Positions 60,101-64,000 of a stretch of DNA of 64,000 nucleotides are shown here, in pieces. The translations under genes and the position numbers were made by a program. The notes below the pieces were generated by a model. It worked only from the letters and a program-made list of their open reading frames with translations, was not told the origin of the DNA and made no database searches. The stretch comes from Amoebophrya sp. A120 (lineage: Eukaryota; Protista; Dinoflagellata). The stretch is taken from contig CAJINV010000002.1 in NCBI GenBank assembly GCA_905178155.1, forward strand, positions 6,366,476 to 6,430,475. Direction: 5' to 3'. Numbering within the stretch: position 1 is the first letter of the stretch; the number at the start of each line of letters is the position of its first letter.

Positions 60101-63100
60101 GTGCGGCACTACAACCCGGAAACCATCGTGAGGGCGAACGTAGCGAATGCCGCGGGTTTGAACGCGGTGGCTGCGACGTTGGATTCGAGAGGGTTCGTGA
60201 TCAACACGGGGGCGCAGACGGAAGTGCTACGAATCGGTGAGCCGAACGACCCCGGGGCGATCAACGTCAGGCAGTACGAGCGAATCGACGTCAGGAAGGG
60301 GTCGCTAGCAGGTATGCCTAGATTGTCGCTGGTGTTGCCGTTTTTTAATGGATATAATCATATTCTCTAATGTGTTTAGTTCGTGTTTCTCTGTATGTGA
60401 ACTGATTTGGTTGGTTTTGCTAGAAAAAAACAAACCCTCTTCTTCTGCATCTTGCATAAGTAGAAAAAGACGAAAAAGCAGCAGCAACATACATTCATGA
60501 CACGTGTCAGGTGTGAACATCACGAACCCGGACATTGCGACCGCGGTTCGCGGGCTGGTGGTCCCGGCGTCTCTCCACTTCTCGCACCAGTACCTCGCCG
60601 TGGAGAACACGTTTTCGCTCATCGTGAAGTTCCACCAGGGCGACAACATCGAGCAGCCCACGCAGCCACAATATCCTGTGTAAAAACGTCCCCGCCCCAT
60701 AGTCAAGATGGCGAATCGGCTAGACAAATCCACACGTTTTGGCTGTCTTGCATGACGCCGATTATATATACCTGGTCCTAGATAGATCCGGTGCTCGCCG
60801 GGCTTGCGATCTCCCTTTCCACCCACCTGGAGCTACCTGCGACGACGCGGCTATCATGTGCATTACTCTCAATTGGACTGTGGCCTTCCGTGGCATCCTT
60901 GGGTCTGACTTCTCCCTCCTCGTCCGAATATTCACACTCGCCATGGCGTGTATGAATATGCCTGCGGTTCTGTTCCCCCTGCGCCGCTTTGCATGTTCTG
61001 GTGTGGTTTGCTGGCCTCATTGCATGTTCTTGTTTTTGTATGTTGGCCCTATGCTTGTTGCTTTGGCCGTGTGGTGGCCCCTATATCTCGTATGCCGTTG
61101 CTAATGACCGATGCCACCAGTCATAGTCCAATTGAAGCCTTTTACGCGTCTCGGGTTTTTGCCTACGCCATACCCTAAGTCGGGCGAGTCTGCGGCTGGT
61201 CGCTCCGTACCTGTCTTCAAGTCGTCCCGGGGCACGTGCTGAGACTCTCCGCTGCGTCTCACGACTGAGCCGCCCGGTCCGTAGCTGCAGAAGGACCGTT
61301 CGCACCCTCAAACCAGCCTCACCAGCGCACGATTGGAATCTGGCAGTTGCCCTTCAAGCCCTGGCGCTAGGGCGATTCCGACAGCTTGACACCCCCGACC
61401 GCCGGGAGCCAGATTTTGTGCTTGGAGAGTCAACACGCTTTTTCTACGACCACGCAGCGCTAGCACCACAGTACCACTTCCGGGCTCCCGCAGTTGTCCC
61501 TCAGCCTCCCGATGCCTGGTGGCAGAATGCGTCGCTGTGGCTACCCGGCTATGGATGCTGGTGAATTGCCTTCCTGTGTTCTGGTTCGGACTAAACGTTG
61601 CTGCTGAGGAGGGACCGGCCTGAAATTTCGCCTGCCTTGGATTCTTTGCGCGGTTCCTGTCATTGCTACTCACTAATTTGTCACAAACGAATATTCCTCT
61701 TTGCCAAATGCCACCGCCCTAAAAAAAAAAAAAAAAATAGGTGAGAAAATCAATAAAGGATATCTAGTCGAACCAGCGGGAGCGTGTCCCGGAGCTGCAG
61801 GGATGCTAACAATGACCTCGAATACAAATTCTGAGCCTGATTATACCCTCTACGGTCCGGCTTTTCCGTCGCTGTTGGTTCTTCTATGTGCCTTCAGAGG
61901 ACTGGCTGGACCTATACTACCTTACTGCAGCTTCCAGGGCCGTCCTTGTTTTTCTGTTGCGGGAGGTGCCTGGTCCAGCTGGTACAATTCGTGGGTTCAT
62001 GAGGTCGATTTGAGGTAGTTGTTACGTGTGGTTGGTCTTTCGGTTCTGCCTGAGTATTTCCTTTTCAGTCAAATATTTAGTCTTCTGAACTTCGACTTCT
62101 TATCCTTATTTCTCGCCTATTTATTGGATGAAGCTAAACAGCGCCTCTGACTTATTAATGTTTTTGGCGTATGTGACTCATCCATATATCAATGTGAAGG
62201 TCTTGTCGCAGGAGTCTGCATTTTTGTTGCTGTGCTCCTGGTTTTGGCTTTCTATATGTTTAGCGAGTTGGAATTGTTGGCTAAGGTTGGCGTAATTTGG
62301 CAAAGTGGGATATGTTGGTGTGAAGTGTGTTGGAATCGTGGCCGGGAGATGATGGTGATGGCACTTCGGTGTCCGCCTGACCTACCTTCCCTGCGTGACA
62401 GCCATCTGCGGCTGTTTACAAAGGGGGAGGCAAAGTGTGCCGCACTTCTGTTTAGCATGACAAATTTGGATTCGTAGTGTAGTGCTGTTTGAGCTAGCCC
62501 AGCAGCATCACGGATCTAGTTCATCATGCTGATTGGTGGAGGACAAATTGCAAAACGCGACGTGATCATGCTTCTCGTACGTGGGGCTCCGCATGAGAAA
62601 CATTTTCAGCATGCAGATTTGCATTACAGCTATGGGTTGGGGACGTTTTTAAATACGATGCACAACCCTTGCAGTTCATCAAGCACAACGCGAAGCACCC
62701 GGCGGCGGACACCGAAAACGCACAGCAGCAATTGAACATTCAGTGGGAATGGGACGACGTGCTCGTCAACCTCGGGTCCGGGGGGACGCCGGCCGGAAAC
62801 CGCCCCAACCAAAACATCCGCGGGTATGTGAACGGCTTTTCGTGGCGACCGTCCGCGGAGTACGATTCCCGGCAGGGAACCACGGGTATCCTGTTCACGT
62901 TCGGCTTCCGGTTCTACGGGACGCTGCGGGCGCCGCAGGGACGGGCGATCTTTTTATCGCAACCGAGTCACGTGTGGGAGGTCGCGACCTTGTCAACGGA
63001 TGGGGGCGCGACGGAGTGCGTCGGGGTGCAGTACAACCCGGGCGTGGGGCTCAAGTGCAACACGTTCAAGTACCCGGGGTACCAGGGGAATAACTTCGCC

Positions 63101-64000
63101 AACGGGATTTTCTTCTTCTACGACAGCGCCGCCACGGTTGCGATCGACACGAAGATCTCCCTAAGGCTGAACAACCCGAACGTGGCGGTCAACATGTTCT
63201 GGCTGGCGTATTCCTACCAGTACATGAACGGAATTATGCGGGCGCCGTTCACCATGGAATTAGACAAGCCGATCGCGTATCAACTGCAAATATGTCTGGG
63301 TCTGGAAAAGTTGGAATCTGTATTGCGTGTTTTGCACTCCTGTAAAATCTGCATTGCGTGACCGACAAAAGCGGGAATACTTTGTCATGCAAAAACGTAG
63401 TTTCTCATGCGCATTTCACATGAGGAAGCGTCCTGAAAATTTGTCATGCTTGGCTGCGCTCAGGAGTACGCTCAGTCATCGCAACTTAGCATCACAAGTT
63501 TCCAGACCCAGACATATATGCAATGCATATCGCGACGCAGGGGTACGGCAGTGGGGACGTGATCTCCACGACCTCCTTGGCGGTCAACGAAAAGAACAAG
63601 GTGACGCTGCTCTTCCGCCCGGGAAATACGGTGATTCCGATGTCCTCGGTTTTAATTTCAGGCTATCTCGTGATACTGCCGCCGACCGGCTTCCAAGTGG
63701 ATAGGACGGGTACGGGATTTTTTATTGTTTCATTTGCTGGAATTACAATTATGAATTAGAATTGTCGTCTTTGTTGTATGTAGTGAGGTCACCGAACGGT
63801 TCTAACCGGGGAGTTTTTTTGCCATCCAGCCAGCAAAACGCCCGGCAGTTTCCAAGCGGCCGGAGGGCTTTTTGCACAAAAAAAAATTTCAATTATCAAG
63901 CGGCTCTGGCTATGTCGGCACCGAATCGCCAGCGGATTCTATCGATCGCCGCTTGGTAAAACGACGCAGAGAAGCCAGCAAAAGGGGCGCCCTTCTGAGG
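57172..64000 (+). CDS. Large secreted/surface-type protein (RRL motifs, charged region, then beta-rich domains); 3' partial
   Basis: ORFs 57172, 59966, 62669 and 63523 join via introners 59582, 60672 and 63278 and canonical intron 60312-60510; probable further GT intron from about 63710. Confidence 0.72.
59582..59883. mobile_element. Introner, family A-like
   Basis: DR cacca; join YFFTTSDVD. Confidence 0.9.
60672..62660. mobile_element. Family E introner carrying a 1.7-kb nested insertion
   Basis: Family E halves 60672-60756 and 62455-62660; DR cacaa; join QPQPLQFIK. Confidence 0.87.
60757..62454 (-). mobile_element. Nested insertion, probable decayed retroelement fragment
   Basis: Flanked by duplicated gcatgac; minus-strand C2H2-like remnant near 62155-62260; A17 tract at 61721-61737. 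Confidence 0.55.
63278..63529. mobile_element. Introner, family A-like
   Basis: DR tcgcg; join KPIATQGY. Confidence 0.9.

Noticed and set aside
7633-63529. Recurrent peptides such as IKCKNVWVWK, KMSGSGR, FQTQTFLHLI and KNPPSPY as a protein domain or CRISPR-like repeat
   Set aside because: They are translations of introner TIRs; dispersed, not a repeat-spacer array.
1-64000. tRNA, rRNA, spliced-leader relics (CCGTAGCCATTTTGGCTCAAG) or an autonomous transposase
   Set aside because: None recognised by eye; a covariance-model or HMM scan is needed to exclude them.

Overview
Eukaryotic, gene-dense window. All convincing genes (about 9 multi-exon genes plus 1-2 small ORFs) lie on the + strand. 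The architecture closely resembles the parasitic dinoflagellate Amoebophrya (Syndiniales); this is an inference from unidirectional gene packing and non-canonical inverted-repeat introns. Genes: JmjC/cupin oxygenase, DHHC palmitoyltransferase, a large acidic repeat protein with EF-hand-like loops, Sec14/CRAL-TRIO protein, LIM-domain protein, two coiled-coil proteins, an NCL-type Na+/Ca2+ exchanger, and a large secreted-type protein running off the end. The dominant feature is 47 hand-traced MITE-like 'introner' elements from at least 8-9 sequence families. Almost all follow one grammar: 5-bp direct repeat, then TAT...terminal inverted repeat...ATA, then the 5-bp direct repeat again, with a shared internal GCAT(G/C/T)ACA motif. 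Removing the element plus one repeat copy restores the reading frame. Copies occur in both orientations within sense transcripts. Conserved protein motifs fix the splice register at repeat position 4|5, giving introns of the form NT...NN rather than GT-AG. Two introners carry 1-1.7 kb nested insertions. A separate 1.28-kb intergenic element has 47-bp perfect TIRs and the same 5-bp duplication length. All splicing is inferred from reading frames, not from transcripts.
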